From: Phoronis australis
Taxonomy: Eukaryota; Animalia; Phoronida
Length of the DNA: 33,403 nt
Direction: 5' to 3'
NCBI GenBank assembly: GCA_002633005.1
Contig: NMRA01000023.1
Coordinates: forward strand, 1,657,453-1,690,855
This document shows positions 12,224-24,670 of the stretch, one piece after another. The number at the start of each line of letters is the position of its first letter. Position 1 is the first letter of the stretch. Both the position numbers and the translations under genes were made by a program. The notes under the pieces are model-generated. The model saw only the letters and a list, made by a program, of their open reading frames with translations. It made no database searches and was not told the DNA's origin.

Positions 12224-12686
12224 CTGGAAAAGAAGATGGCTTCAGGTAACTAACATGATGAATGCGCCAACTTATTAACATTGTCGATGCCATTAATTCA
12301 CTGGCTACTGGTGCAAAATTTCATCAACTTTAGACCGTGGAAAATTAATGAAGGACCATGACACTAATTTTGAAATAAAGAATGTTTAGTAAATTAAGAA
12401 ATGTAATTTCACAATGACTAAAATTATGGAAGCCTTTCTGACGTAATGCCCTTCATTAAAATAAAAAATTATAAAATCTTCATTTTATTCACAAAATGCT
12501 TATTTCTGAGATCAGCTAATTAGATATCACATCAATCAATCATCAGTGCCAAGACAAAAAATTTACAATGCTCCCAACTGATGAAGAAGCTGAGCTTGAT
12601 TGTTCCTAATTATGAATGTGCAAAGCCATTACGCAACACATTATTTATCTTTAACAAATTGAAAGAAGGAGAAGAAATGTAAGGCA

Positions 12687-12820
12687 TTCTAAATGGCTCA
12701 ATAGGCATGCGCACTTTGTGAATAATTCAAGATTACCAAGACACACGCAATGTTTCTAAATGGCTCAATAGGCATGCGCACTTTGTGAATAATTCAAGAT
12801 TACCAAGACACACGCAATGT
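12687..12820. repeat. Perfect 67-bp tandem duplication
   Basis: TTCTAAATGGCTCAATAGGCATGCGCAC...ACACACGCAATGT at 12687-12753 and 12754-12820. Confidence 0.9.
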
Positions 12821-12846
12821 AAAGCAGCTATATTGCCAGACCATAC

Positions 12847-12955
12847 CTGCTTGAACTGCTTGTAGGCGACAGTTGACACTGGTTGTGTTACATCTGCTCG
12901 CCCTTTAGTAATCTGGCTCATCACATGTCCAAGAGTAACCATTCCCTGAACATCT
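12847..12955 (-). CDS. CBS: CBS exon (DVQGMVTLGHVMSQITKGRADVTQPVSTVAYKQFKQ)
   Basis: 109 nt, AG/GT boundaries, GMVTLG and YKQFKQ motifs. Confidence 0.93.
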
Positions 12956-13338
12956 CTGTAACCACAACAGTTTGATCCATATAATGAACCTGCATACATT
13001 ACTAGAGATGATAATACATTTCAAGATTCAAAGTCTGATAACAATTAGGGTTCCATTGGAACTTAATGACAAAATTTCATATATTCAGCCAAATACCTAC
13101 AAAACTATTAGGTTTTACAATTTATCTTTGAGTAAAATTGGTTGAATACACGACAATTGTCATTAACAATCTTTATTCCATTCCGATCGTATCCTCAGAA
13201 CAAAGGTCAACACTCAACAGAACATTGGTAAAGCAACTGACCAAGAGACAGTTAAAAGACACACGATATTTCGAAACATACTTGTTTCATTCTCAAGTGG
13301 AAATAAAATGACACAGTAATACCACTACAGAGCAAAAG

Positions 13339-13505
13339 CTGGAGACATAACCTGGAGACGTAACCTGGAGACGTAACCTGGAGACGTAACCTGGAGACGT
13401 AACCTGGAGACGTAACCTGGAGACGTAACCTGGAGACGTAACCTGGAGACGTAACCTGGAGACGTAACCTGGAGACGTAACCAGGAGACATAACCTGGAG
13501 ACATA
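13339..13505. repeat. 13-bp minisatellite (CTGGAGACGTAAC) x ~12.8
   Basis: Near-perfect tandem array; explains the three overlapping repetitive ORFs at 13252-13617. Confidence 0.95.
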
Positions 13506-13931
13506 CACAGTAGGACAAGGCATGTGTGAAGTAGCGCAAAGTATGACAAATGAAGGGGGTAACAGGAAAGTCATGCAAACAAGAGTAATGTGCGGCGCGA
13601 CCCTGTTTGCTGCTCATTCATTAGCGCGACTTTCCTGTTAAATGTCCAGGAATTCCATTGAAGAAGCAGTCAGCTTATTGAAAGAAAATGAGACCAACAT
13701 AGAATGTAACCTGCCAATTGGTAAAATGGCCATTTTTAGCAACCCTAACACCCACATACACTACGCAGCAGTGTGTTTTACTTTATGTGATTTAAAGTGT
13801 GCCTGCTGTGACAGACTGTAATACAAACTAAATGTACTGCTCAGACAACCCTTTAAAGTTACGTCAAACCAATGTGTACACACACAATCTGGAAACTTTT
13901 TAAAGAGCTTCTCCACACCAAACTGACTCAC

Positions 13932-14066
13932 CCGGACTCCTTGACGACGGGCACTTGGTCAAATCCTTCCTTAGACATAAGGTCAAGAGTCTGTTGGATC
14001 TTAACACTAGGCAGCACTGTTATTGGCGTCTGCAGATTGAGTGAGCTCACTGGCAGCTTTTTCCAC
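13932..14066 (-). CDS. CBS: CBS exon (WKKLPVSSLNLQTPITVLPSVKIQQTLDLMSKEGFDQVPVVKES), CBS1 motif
   Basis: 135 nt, acceptor tctctacag, donor GTGAGT, GFDQxPVV motif. Confidence 0.93.
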
Positions 14067-14556
14067 CTGTAGAGAAAGCACAAAATTGATATCTAAAATG
14101 TCATTTATTAACATGACTCCCGACCACAACTTATTTCAAAAATTGCTTAAAAAAATGTTTTTGCACTCAAAATTTAGGACAACATGTTGCAAAATTCCCA
14201 CAAGGTGTCTACTGAAATCGATGGCTAAATACTTCCAGTGTGTATGCATTGAAAGCGAATCTAGTCTCAATCACAACACCCCGTTCCCTTGAAATCATTT
14301 TTATCAATTAAAATATTCACGTGGTTTCATTGCAAACCACTTGCCAGATTCCACAATCTCGCTTTCGTAACTACAGGAACAATACTCTAAGCATAATTCC
14401 CAGATTTAGTCATTGTTCCTAGACTAACCCAATATTACTGTTCATAGACAAAGACACAAACATATCAGTAGTTTCAACAACAGCCATGAATTACACGCTT
14501 ATCATACCTCTCAAGAACACACAAATCAAAACAAAAATCAAACAACTCAACTATTG

Positions 14557-15153
14557 GAGGCAGAAAGGTAAAAAATTGTGAAAAAAGAAAAGCAACTCTG
14601 TTTTGTAAATTCAACTCTATTTAATACATTCAATCCTATTTAAAATATAATTATAACCTGTTTCATGAATTCAATTCTATTTAATTGATTCAAGCCAACT
14701 GAAAATAAAAAACAAAGCTGTTTGATAATCAAGTGTGTAGAATCGATCATGTTTAAATAGAAAATTATCCGGTTTTGGAGATTCTGTTTTGCAAATCCTG
14801 TCGGCAGGGAGCAAAACTAGTTTATCACGTGACTGAAAATGACAGAGCTCACCCTGACAGTCGTTGTTAACGAGATATTCAACAACAGACTCTTGCAGAT
14901 GATGTTCATGATGGAAATACAAACTTGAGCATTCGTCTCGAAGGTTTTTGATTTGCAGCCTAACTTGGAAGGAGTGGCATTATAACAGATGCAGGCTTTG
15001 GTCTTTCATAGCAAGCTTAGTTTTAGGAATCGCCGACATGATTGACGAAACGGACTCGAATATATTTTAAACAGGATTGAATTTATTAAATAGAGGTGAA
15101 TTTGCACAACAGGGCTGATTTTCTTTTTTCACAATTTTTGCCCTTTCCGCCTC
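14557..15153. mobile_element. ~600-bp MITE with ~90-bp TIRs beginning GAGGC (Sola-like termini; TSD unclear)
   Basis: 14557-14648 is the reverse complement of 15061-15153 with scattered mismatches. Confidence 0.7.
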
Positions 15154-15778
15154 ATATACACAACACCAGAAAAAGTAAAGAGCTACTAATGACAACTTCT
15201 CAGCTTGTTCTACAGTGCATCCCAAGCTGCCAGGAAAATTGACTAATCAGCTGCAAAGGTACTTAGGTTTTGGCTCAAACAACCATGACAAGGATTTGTT
15301 TGGAATCAAAACAACAAAATTGAATTTGTAGAATTGTGGTCATGCTTGGTATCAGATAAATGCATTTTCAAGTTGTAATCACAAGACAGTAAATCTGTCA
15401 CAGATTACAATGAAATAACACAGAAATATCATGAAGTCGCAAGAATAATTATCTCACGATCAGTAAACTTAATTGTCTAACAAGCTTAACATAGTAATTA
15501 GAAGACAAATAACAAAACAGCTGAAATAAACATCAATAAAAGCAATCTCCTAAAATAGCCTTAATTTTATGCTACTGATAGGAAATGTGCTGCAGTTATC
15601 CACTTTTAACTACATAATAATCTAATTCAAGCTGATCAAGTCACAAAATGTCCAATCAAACAATATTCAAATAAGCAGTTCCAAAGAGCACTACTAATGA
15701 TTGACAAGTACACTATGTTAATGTAACAAAGTAGATCACTCAAAATTAAGCTAGTTCTCGTTACTCAATGTCCGTTAA

Positions 15779-16108
15779 AGTCGTTATAATCCTGTGTTCT
15801 GTGCATCAATTTAGACCACATCGCTACAAGTTTTGTCTATACTTGTTCCTTACTTCGATGGGATGTTATTTCAGGGTTTGCAAAGAATTTACAGTTCGGT
15901 TTACCTCGACATTATGCTCGATGCACAAAATGACATGTACACCATGACCTACCAACTTGTAGGGCCCACTATCAAGCGCCAATGCACTGTCAGTTTTTTC
16001 AAAGCCCCAAAGCATCTCAAATTTGACTAATTTCCTAACAGTAAGTGGTCTACACCAGGTCTAAATCAAAAGTTGGGTTTTGAGATCGAAGACAAATTTA
16101 TAGTAGGC
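15779..16108. mobile_element. Degenerate copy of the TTAA-flanked MITE family (cf. 26634-26983)
   Basis: Shares ATTTAGACCAC, ACTTGTTCCTTAC, AATTTGACTAA and GGTCTAAATCAAAAGTTGG; TTAA on both sides. Confidence 0.5.
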
Positions 16109-19100
16109 TTAAGCTTACATCATATGACAGCCCAAGACAGCTCTGAACAAAGCAGGATCACAGCACTGTATTCTAGTAACTAATCAGTTGTACTAGAAAC
16201 TACAGTACAGCTGAGAATGACGTGACTGGAGAAAGTAATTATATACGAGCCATTACTTGCATTATCAGCTCAAAGTCATGTCCTTATACACAAGTCGCCC
16301 AGGTAGGATTTAACTAGTAAATGTTACTCATCAAAGTCAAATTTAAGTGAAAACGGACCTACAATCATTAGCACCACCTAGTGAATACTGAGCTAATCAT
16401 TAACATAATACCGTATTAGAAATATCATCAAATGGTGGATGATCGAGAGTGTAACAGAGTCGCCTAGTGTGAATCGGTAGATCTCAGTACATGGCGCATT
16501 CAGCAGTTATGGTGACCAGGTGAATGGGGGCTAACTGCTTTTGCAATCTAGTTTAAAAGTACAGTACAACTAGAGAGTAATAAAAATCCACCAACATGAA
16601 CCAGTCTCCATCTTCTGCTAGGGTAATTTAACATTTTATTTGTGTCCTGAATTTAAGCATTTATCCATTATTTTTTCAAGAAAAATTACCCTCCTTCCAG
16701 TTTTCATTACCAAAACACAGCCTGCCAAGTTTTTTGGTAATTTTTTTACCACATCATAGAGTACAAGGAGTTTTGATTCTACTGGAGGCTTTTCCAAAAC
16801 ATATACCTTGATGAATGGTTGCCAATGGCAAAAATAGACTAGTGTTTTTACAATTTAACAGCACATCCCCACAAAACGGATGTTCAAAGGACAGCAACGT
16901 TGCTCTTATTTTGAACAATTGTCGCATTTCACACGTCAAGTGACCATCAAATGGCTACCCCAACAACACTATGCGCACAAATGACAGTAGCGCACTTATG
17001 ATCACAGCTCAAAGACCTCAGTCACCACAGCTGATGAACTCACACACTTGTGTGATTGCTCCCACAATACACAGTTTACACACCCACAATGCATTGCTCA
17101 CAGTCTCACGCTAACTAACAACACGAGAAGCAGAAACCCTGTGGTGTATGTTGACAGCACTCACAACAGTGTTTGCAGTCTATGAGATCTGTTTGTTAGT
17201 GAACATGTACTTGAGCGATGTTTGTGATTGTTTTTCGAGTGCCGCCACGAATTTGCAAGTCAGTGAAATTGAACAGCTCTATATAAGTCGTGTTCATAAC
17301 TGAGGAGCTATTTTATAAGTGCAAAACTCATCTTGTTCTGAACTTGAAGTGCTGAGAATTTTGTTGGACATTATTTACTTTGTAATTGATATATTGCCAC
17401 ATTAGACTCCAGTTCACAGCTGAACAGGCAGTGTTAGAACACAATACTTTGTTAGAACAAGCCGTGGACTACCCACCACAACAAAATGACTAAAGAATAT
17501 AGTGAGAGAACATGCATTAACAAAATAATTAGTATCCGCACTCAAAGCGTAACAAAAACTAAAAAAAAACACTACCGTAACTGTTACAGTTTTTATGCAA
17601 TACTCTCAAGAGTGAATATAAAGTACCGACAAAAATACTCACGTTACTCCAGAAGCAGTGCTGTACAAGACAAACGTGAAAATGGTAAGCTCCCACTGCT
17701 AAATTAAATTTCATAAAAGTAGACCTTGATATAGTATTGATTATACAGCTAAAATGATATTTGTAATATTTTGTCCAGAGAAAGAGAATCATGTTCACTA
17801 AATCAGCTGCATCACATTAACAGCTACTAATAACTTGAACAAATATGTGGTACGGCCTTATGTCCCAAACCAAAAACCTTCGTTTCTCAGCACCACAGAT
17901 GATAACAACACATGAGTCACATACTCAACGGTATAAATACAGTCTCTAACAATGATTTCACCTCATTAAAACATTCACTCAGACACATGGTGATCCAAGT
18001 TAAACAACTGGCTAAAAACATATTACATTTGGTAACTCAATGCTGAACGCATCATAATTTTCGGAGTCTCGAACCCTTATACAAAAAGAAACTTTTATAG
18101 GGCTGCGTTTCCGTGCTCTCCACGTTGCAGAAATGAGTTTCAGTTTTGCCATGGGTTGAGCTCACCTGTGTCCTCAAGTTCAAAAATCAATGCAATGAGG
18201 AATGAGTTATTTTTCAGACAAATGCACATTTCGGATGATTGACAACAGCTCAGGGTGCTGATTCCAAGCATTTACATATACAACCCCTACCCCAAGTATG
18301 AATTACTACATGTACAAACACACCCTCCTCACCCTGGTATGGACAAGGGCTTTGAGCATGTTCTTCAATTTAATAGTTCCTGCCGACATAACATGGAATT
18401 GTTGTGAGAATGGCTTATCTATACTAATTTGAAAAGGCTTTGTCCAGTCATGCCTTGTGGGTCATATAAGAGATACTGATACCTACAGCTGACGCGACAA
18501 GCAGAACTTCTCTCGTTTATCACATTGGTGCAAACTCACAGGAGAAATTAAGAATTACGCTCTCATAAACGATCTGTCAACTTGTTTCAGGAGACTTAAG
18601 TATCAATGCCGTGTGCGCAACGACGATGCGCAATTTTCAGAGCTGTGTTCACAATGGTCATCATCAAAACGGAGAGCAAATATGTACCACCTTTAATTTT
18701 TCCCAGCTTTCATTTCCAAATGGCTAAAATTTCAGTTGTAAGCAAAAAAATAAAAGGCCACTCTCCCTTACTGTACCAGGAAGACTAACTACTCACTACA
18801 TTGCGCGAGTCACGTTCTTGTAGTTACACTAAGCTAATAAATTTGCAGTTTTACTGCTAAACATGCGATAACAGGTGTACTCATATTTGCAATATTATAG
18901 CATGAAATAGTTTTAAAATGTTAATTGAAAGTAAATTTTGACATCTTTCTTTGTTGAAGGTGAAACCGCTTTACCGCGTAGTAATCTTTTTGAGACGATT
19001 ATCCACTCTGCCGGGTTGGCCCGCAGTGAATTTGAAAGATCTCGACCAAAGCTTCCAGCAATATTAGTGACAATAAAACATTTGTGCTCAGATTTTTACA

Positions 19101-19691
19101 AGGAATTTAATTCTTAAACTTTTACATGTCATTGAAAAGGGCGAAAATGTAAACGCGCTAAACATATTTCTTCAGGCACCTCATATCATCAAACCATCGT
19201 CTTAATTCACACGAAATAAAATGTAATTGGCCGAAAAAATCTGTGGTTTTCTGTTGAGCCCAGACCGTCCAGAGTTGTCCCATATACATGCTATGAACAT
19301 TCCCACTAAATAAGATTGGTCCTAACCCCAGTGGTTAAGGTAAACGGTGGGGTATGGAAAATTGAAGTAGACCGTATTTATCCACCTTGGCTGAGTCGCA
19401 CTCGGCTCACGATCAAAGGGATGCCGCCAAGCTGCTCTAGTCATCGAGTCACGAGCGAGGATAATTGGCTTCGCTCATGCGGATATGATCAGCTGATTAC
19501 AATCTAGCTAGCAGACTGTACTTTTTATGGAGAGAGTTTTACGTAGTTTTTACTATAATATTTGAAAAGAGGAGCGAAAACAAATATGAGTACAACTTTG
19601 AATTTTTCAAATCGGCCCAGGATAAGAGATTTTGCAACACAGCAACACTCACGATTACTTTCATTCGGCGCGCACTAATACAAAAATATAG

Positions 19692-20128
19692 NNNNNNNNN
19701 NNNNNNNNNNNNNNNNNNNNNNNNNNNNNNNNNNNNNNNNNNNNNNNNNNNNNNNNNNNNNNNNNNNNNNNNNNNNNNNNNNNNNNNNNNNNNNNNNNNN
19801 NNNNNNNNNNNNNNNNNNNNNNNNNNNNNNNNNNNNNNNNNNNNNNNNNNNNNNNNNNNNNNNNNNNNNNNNNNNNNNNNNNNNNNNNNNNNNNNNNNNN
19901 NNNNNNNNNNNNNNNNNNNNNNNNNNNNNNNNNNNNNNNNNNNNNNNNNNNNNNNNNNNNNNNNNNNNNNNNNNNNNNNNNNNNNNNNNNNNNNNNNNNN
20001 NNNNNNNNNNNNNNNNNNNNNNNNNNNNNNNNNNNNNNNNNNNNNNNNNNNNNNNNNNNNNNNNNNNNNNNNNNNNNNNNNNNNNNNNNNNNNNNNNNNN
20101 NNNNNNNNNNNNNNNNNNNNNNNNNNNN
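19692..20128. other. Assembly gap (437 N) within the long CBS intron
   Basis: Run of N. No CBS coding sequence is missing: the flanking exons join in frame at the conserved position. Confidence 0.99.
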
Positions 20129-21116
20129 AAACCGGGTTTCAACTGCCGTAGGCTCACTACAATAAGCGTCCCCTCCCCGTGAAATGAATTTTTCTAAGCG
20201 TTTGTTTGAGCCAATACAGTATACAGCTTTCCACCAAGGCTAGGTGATGCAAGACATTATTCTTTGTTGCATTATAGTAACTGGTCTTGGCTAATTATCA
20301 TTTTATGGCCTGGTCATCCATTCAGCCAAAAGTAGTTCCAGAGGTGGCTTATCAGCCAATTATTCACGCATGCTGACTCACAATAGAAGCCTGATAAGAG
20401 TGAAGGTGGATAAATGGGGTGTTCCTACAGTTTCTTGTTTTAGTGGATGTGTTCACATGTACCAACTCCGGATGGTCTCTCACGATGATTTAACGTTATG
20501 GAATGTGAATTTTCTGTTGAGGAGAACACCAGGTTTGATCACAACTTCAGTCAAAACTTAAGCTATTTCAGATGACATTTCAGAAAAATATTTCCTTCAG
20601 AAAAGTGCCCCAACCTCTAACTGGCAATTCTAAAATCTACAACCGGCAGTATCAAAAATTTTTTTCAAAGCAACGGTGACCAACCATGTTGGACCAACAA
20701 CTCTCACTGTCCTCTGGCAGACAATAGACCAGCTAACTCAGTAGTTATCTCCTCTGACACTCAATGTCAAGTATTAGCACCTCTTCAGTTGCAAATAGTG
20801 AATGCTATCCCATAATTCAACATTCCAACCTCCCTTCAGAGACCACCATTTTGCTAGGTTACATTAGTAAGGACGATCGTGCATCTTCGCAAATCACTCA
20901 CTTTTGAATGACATGATTTTGCACACTCTTGTGTGATCTCGCTCATTTTGCAAGAAACTTGGTCTATGAAATGCACCCTTGTACTCTTTCTACTATGTTT
21001 TCTAACTTACAGGTTAGCCAAAACATGAGAACACAGTAAGCACATGTAAGTCTACCCATAATAACCTATTATGTTTTCTTATTGTCCACTAAGTTTTCCC
21101 ATAACAAATGCCTTAC

Positions 21117-21194
21117 GTGTTTGTCTCATCAGCAGTGGAGTCCACATCCATGAAGTCGCGCTCTAACATCCAATCATCACTCAGATACTTAGTC
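21117..21194 (-). CDS. CBS: CBS exon (TKYLSDDWMLERDFMDVDSTADETN), interdomain linker
   Basis: 78 nt, AG/GT boundaries; matches human TKFLSDRWML. Confidence 0.93.
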
Positions 21195-21462
21195 CTGAAA
21201 CACACAGTATAAACACACAGTACAAACATACAGTACAAACATAGTCAACATGATAATACTGGGATAGCATGGCAGTCCTCAGTCAAGGCACCAAATTTGC
21301 AATGCAATTGCTGTAACAAGTGTCCACTATGATTTTCCAGTGTCAGAGACTGTACCCTCGAGTACTGGGCCCACAACTAAAAAGACCTTCCCGGCAAATG
21401 TCCATACATTCATAGCATGGTAGAGACAGTAAATAGCAACTTCACAACTTGCTTGCACTTAC

Positions 21463-21574
21463 ATGTAATTGCGCACAGAATCGGGTAGAATGACAACGCA
21501 TCTCTGTCCTTCCTTTAGACCAAAATCTTTCATGGCCTGAAGTGCACAATACATGGCAGATCCACAACTTCCTC
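21463..21574 (-). CDS. CBS: CBS exon ([37 protein letters not shown])
   Basis: 112 nt, AG/GT boundaries, [17 protein letters not shown] motif. Confidence 0.96.
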
Positions 21575-22760
21575 CTGCAATAAAATACCTTATTAAATGC
21601 CTTACTAATAAAACAAGACCTCTGCCGCAGCTATCTTTTTTCTGACAGACCCACAATGCATTAGCAACGCACTTGTTGCAAAAAATTTTCACTTACGGAA
21701 CACAATTCTACAATATAATTCAACATTCTAACCTCATAGATCAATCGAGCAATAGCCGCCACTTTGCATAAATGTCTTGAACATACTTGCGAAACACTCT
21801 CCTTTTACAATGCCTGGTTTTGTGTCTGCAGGCTCTTCTCACAATAAACTTGGTCTACACAACACTACCCCAATTACACTTTTACCATCTAATGCTACTG
21901 CAATCTCTTCTAATCTAAATCACATCAAAAAAGCACAAAAAATATGTAGCCAGACTTTTTGAAAATTTAGTGTTTAAATAATCAACACAGAAAACTGTCT
22001 GGAATTTTGTGTTTGTTATCACGAAAACAATTAATAAGAATCATGTCAACTGTAAGACACTCACTGTGACGAGTGCATTTCGTTTCACAATTCTTCAAAC
22101 TAAAATTATCCAAGCAATACAGCAACATACTTTTATCAAAATCTCTTTTAAATTTACCACTTCTAGCAATCCATCACTTCAGCAAGAATTGAAGCAGAAA
22201 GCAACCGTTTAATACATGAAATTAATGCTTTTGAAATCACACATTCCTAGTTACAATGGAGAGACACATTTCCAAGTAAAGTGCTGTTCTCCACGCAACA
22301 ATACAGAGTGAAGTAAACAGAACAGCAAGAGGCAGCCATATTGGTTCTGCACTTGAGCAAGCACGAATGACCAGAACAGAACGTGTTCAGTAGAGAGTCG
22401 GACAATGTGTTTGCCAAATGGAAGTAAATGCAGAATGAAGATGCAGGCCTTTATGTTGGGATGTTTGTATTTGGTTTCTATTGTTGCCTGGGTAGTAGAC
22501 AAGGGAGCAGTTATTAACATGGAAAAGGATTCATCAAGATAACCAGGCATCAGTATGTAAGTAAAGGTTGCTTTCCTCTTTAAAGGCTGCACTATTAACA
22601 ACCAATACGCAATGTTTCAGCCAACATTAACGTTTTTTTGGCGATCATCAAATAACGCCCTTTTTCTGTTGACTCGGCCAATCGCAGCTCATTTTCCTGT
22701 AAATTCAACACTAGGAATGTCACTGGCACTGTGACTTGATCAACCAAGACTAGCACTCAC

Positions 22761-22845
22761 CACACAGCATTCCCTCCTCCCTGATCAGGCGGCGGGCCAT
22801 CGCGAATGATTCTTTGTCACGTGATTTGTACCAGCAGTCGACATA
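22761..22845 (-). CDS. CBS: CBS exon ([28 protein letters not shown])
   Basis: 85 nt, donor GTGAGT. Confidence 0.95.
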
Positions 22846-22910
22846 CTGATGAAAGAATACAAGTTCTAATCAGTAAATCACATAATGGAAGTCGGCAAGA
22901 CTACTTACAN

Positions 22911-23202
22911 GCCTACATACCAAATTTCATGAAAATCCGTTCAGGACTTTTGAAGATACAAAGGTAAGCGTAAAAAACTAAAATTGACACTAGGGGGCAC
23001 ACCGGTAGTCGGATCCGTCCGAAAGTTCGCACATGCCGTCCCCTTCATGAATGGAACATATGTGCCAAATTTCATGAACGTATGTCAAAGGGTTTTGGAG
23101 ATAGAGCAGCGGACGCCGGACGCCGGACGGACGGACGGATGGACGGACGGACAGAGATGACGGCATAATGCGTCCACATATAAATATGTGGGCGCATAAA
23201 AA
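22911..23202 (+). mobile_element. 3' part of a HINE-like element with (GGAC)n microsatellite and terminal stem-loop
   Basis: One core unit with GACACTAGGGGGCAC (22986), (GGAC/GGAT)n at 23111-23153, and hairpin ATGCGTCCACATAT-AA-ATATGTGGGCGCAT (23168-23197). Begins right after a single N at 22910. Confidence 0.8.
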
Positions 23203-23206
23203 TTAG

Positions 23207-23606
23207 TTTAAGCGGCTACAAACTCAGGATTCCGTCCAAGAAGAGAACATTTGATTTAGCCAACTTCCTGTTATAAAATTGTTCACAACTTGTTCCTCAC
23301 TCAGGTGAGAAGTGATGTTTGGTCTTGGAAAGAACTCACACTTCAGATATTTGTTAAGACCATCATCTCGGTACATAAAATGGCATGCTACAACAAGGTA
23401 GCTTGCACAGCCTCATCTCAATCAATAACATGACATGCTACAACAAGACACAGCCTCACTTCAAACAATAACAAACTGTTAGTTCTTGCCATGCCCTAAA
23501 AACATTTTCAATTTGACTAAGGAACAATGTGAGACCAATTTCATAATGGTAAGTGGTCTATATCAACAGTTGGTTTTTATGATGGAAAGCGGAATTATAT
23601 CTGCTA
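23207..23606. mobile_element. Degenerate copy of the TTAA-flanked MITE family
   Basis: CAAGAAGAGAACATTTGATTTAG...CAACTTGTTCCT...AATTTGACTAAGGAACAA, similar to 26634-26983. Confidence 0.5.
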
Positions 23607-23862
23607 AAACAAAGCAAAAAAAAAAAGGCAAATTGAATTTTCTTGCCTTAATAATCTCAAACACAAACCTTGTACAACAAATTGTTAACAACAATTGTTA
23701 AAAACTTGCATTTTTTAAGAGAAAGAAAATCACTGGCAGTCATTTTTCATAGCATGCAATTGCTGAAATCTACGTGACGGGCCACATTCTGTTCATAACC
23801 TGACAAACCATAAACTCAAATTCTATGTACGTAAAGGGGCCATATTGTAATCCGCTACTCAC

Positions 23863-23988
23863 AGAACGGTCCAGCACTGTTGGACAGAAGTCATAGCCGA
23901 TCCCTTCTACCTCATAAAACGTGGCGTCAGTCTTGTTCAGTTCTTCAGGCAGGGCAATGATCGAGCCCTCGGGGTCCACACCTACAAT
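23863..23988 (-). CDS. CBS: CBS exon ([42 protein letters not shown])
   Basis: 126 nt, AG/GT boundaries, VEGIGYDF motif. Confidence 0.96.
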
Positions 23989-24240
23989 CTAACAACATAC
24001 ACACATCAGTCACAATCACAACACCATCCATAAAATAACATTCAACATCACTAAATTAAAGGTAAACATTTCATCTAAGGGCGTTGAAACTTAATATGCA
24101 AATAATATGCATATTAAAAAATTCAGGAAATTAGCAAACTACAAGACAAAATATATATGAATCTGTTGTGGTATTTGTCATACACTTATAGGCAAAGAAT
24201 AGCTGCTTGTAAATAATATTAGTTTCTGATGAAATTAGAA

Positions 24241-24367
24241 GTAAAAGTGGAAAACAAAAACAACTCAAAGGTGCAGCATGAAAACGACCCGAGGATGATG
24301 TTTGAGTAATATTGAAACATCATTTTCATGCTGTACTATAGTGTCGTTTTTGTTTTCCACGTCTTAC
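24241..24367. repeat. Imperfect palindrome/foldback (probable MITE core)
   Basis: GTGGAAAACAAAAAC...GCAGCATGAAAA...ATGATGTTT pairs with AAACATCATTTTCATGCTGT...GTTTTTGTTTTCCAC. Confidence 0.7.
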
Positions 24368-24567
24368 GTCAAAGAAGACCCAAATAAAATGTGTATGCAA
24401 GGATGCAACTGGGGCAAATATGACTGACTTTTTAAGGAATTACACAATTGACTGCAATCCATGCCTGTAAGATTTAAAAACGATTAAATTAACGTTTCTG
24501 GGCAAAGATCAACGAGGCACCATACCGGTGCTCATTTGGTAAGTTTCCATGACAATGCACTGATTAC

Positions 24568-24659
24568 CTTGCAAGTGGGACATTTCTGTTTAATCTTCCT
24601 AGCTAGACCACTGATGGTTCCACCAGTCCCAGCTCCAGCCACCAGCATGTCCAGCTTCC
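24568..24659 (-). CDS. CBS: CBS exon ([30 protein letters not shown]); PLP phosphate loop and CXXC
   Basis: 92 nt, GTGGT loop, AG/GT boundaries. Confidence 0.96.
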
Positions 24660-24670
24660 CTGAACACAAG

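Noticed and set aside
13339-13505. CRISPR-like array (also 32185-32542 and the HINE units)
   Set aside because: Head-to-tail repeats without unique spacers, no cas genes, eukaryotic context.
13252-13617. Three overlapping ORFs with repeated LQVTSPGYVSRLR
   Set aside because: They are translations of the stop-free 13-bp minisatellite; no coding signal.
18870-19600. Partial inverted repeat GTACTCATATTTG...AATATTATAG
   Set aside because: Probably a decayed transposon, but termini and TSD could not be defined next to the gap.
19675-20157. 160-aa ORF
   Set aside because: Artefact of the N gap.
20770-20860. Alternative CBS linker exon encoding KWWSLK
   Set aside because: Wrong phase for the upstream donor, poor acceptor, and no further similarity.
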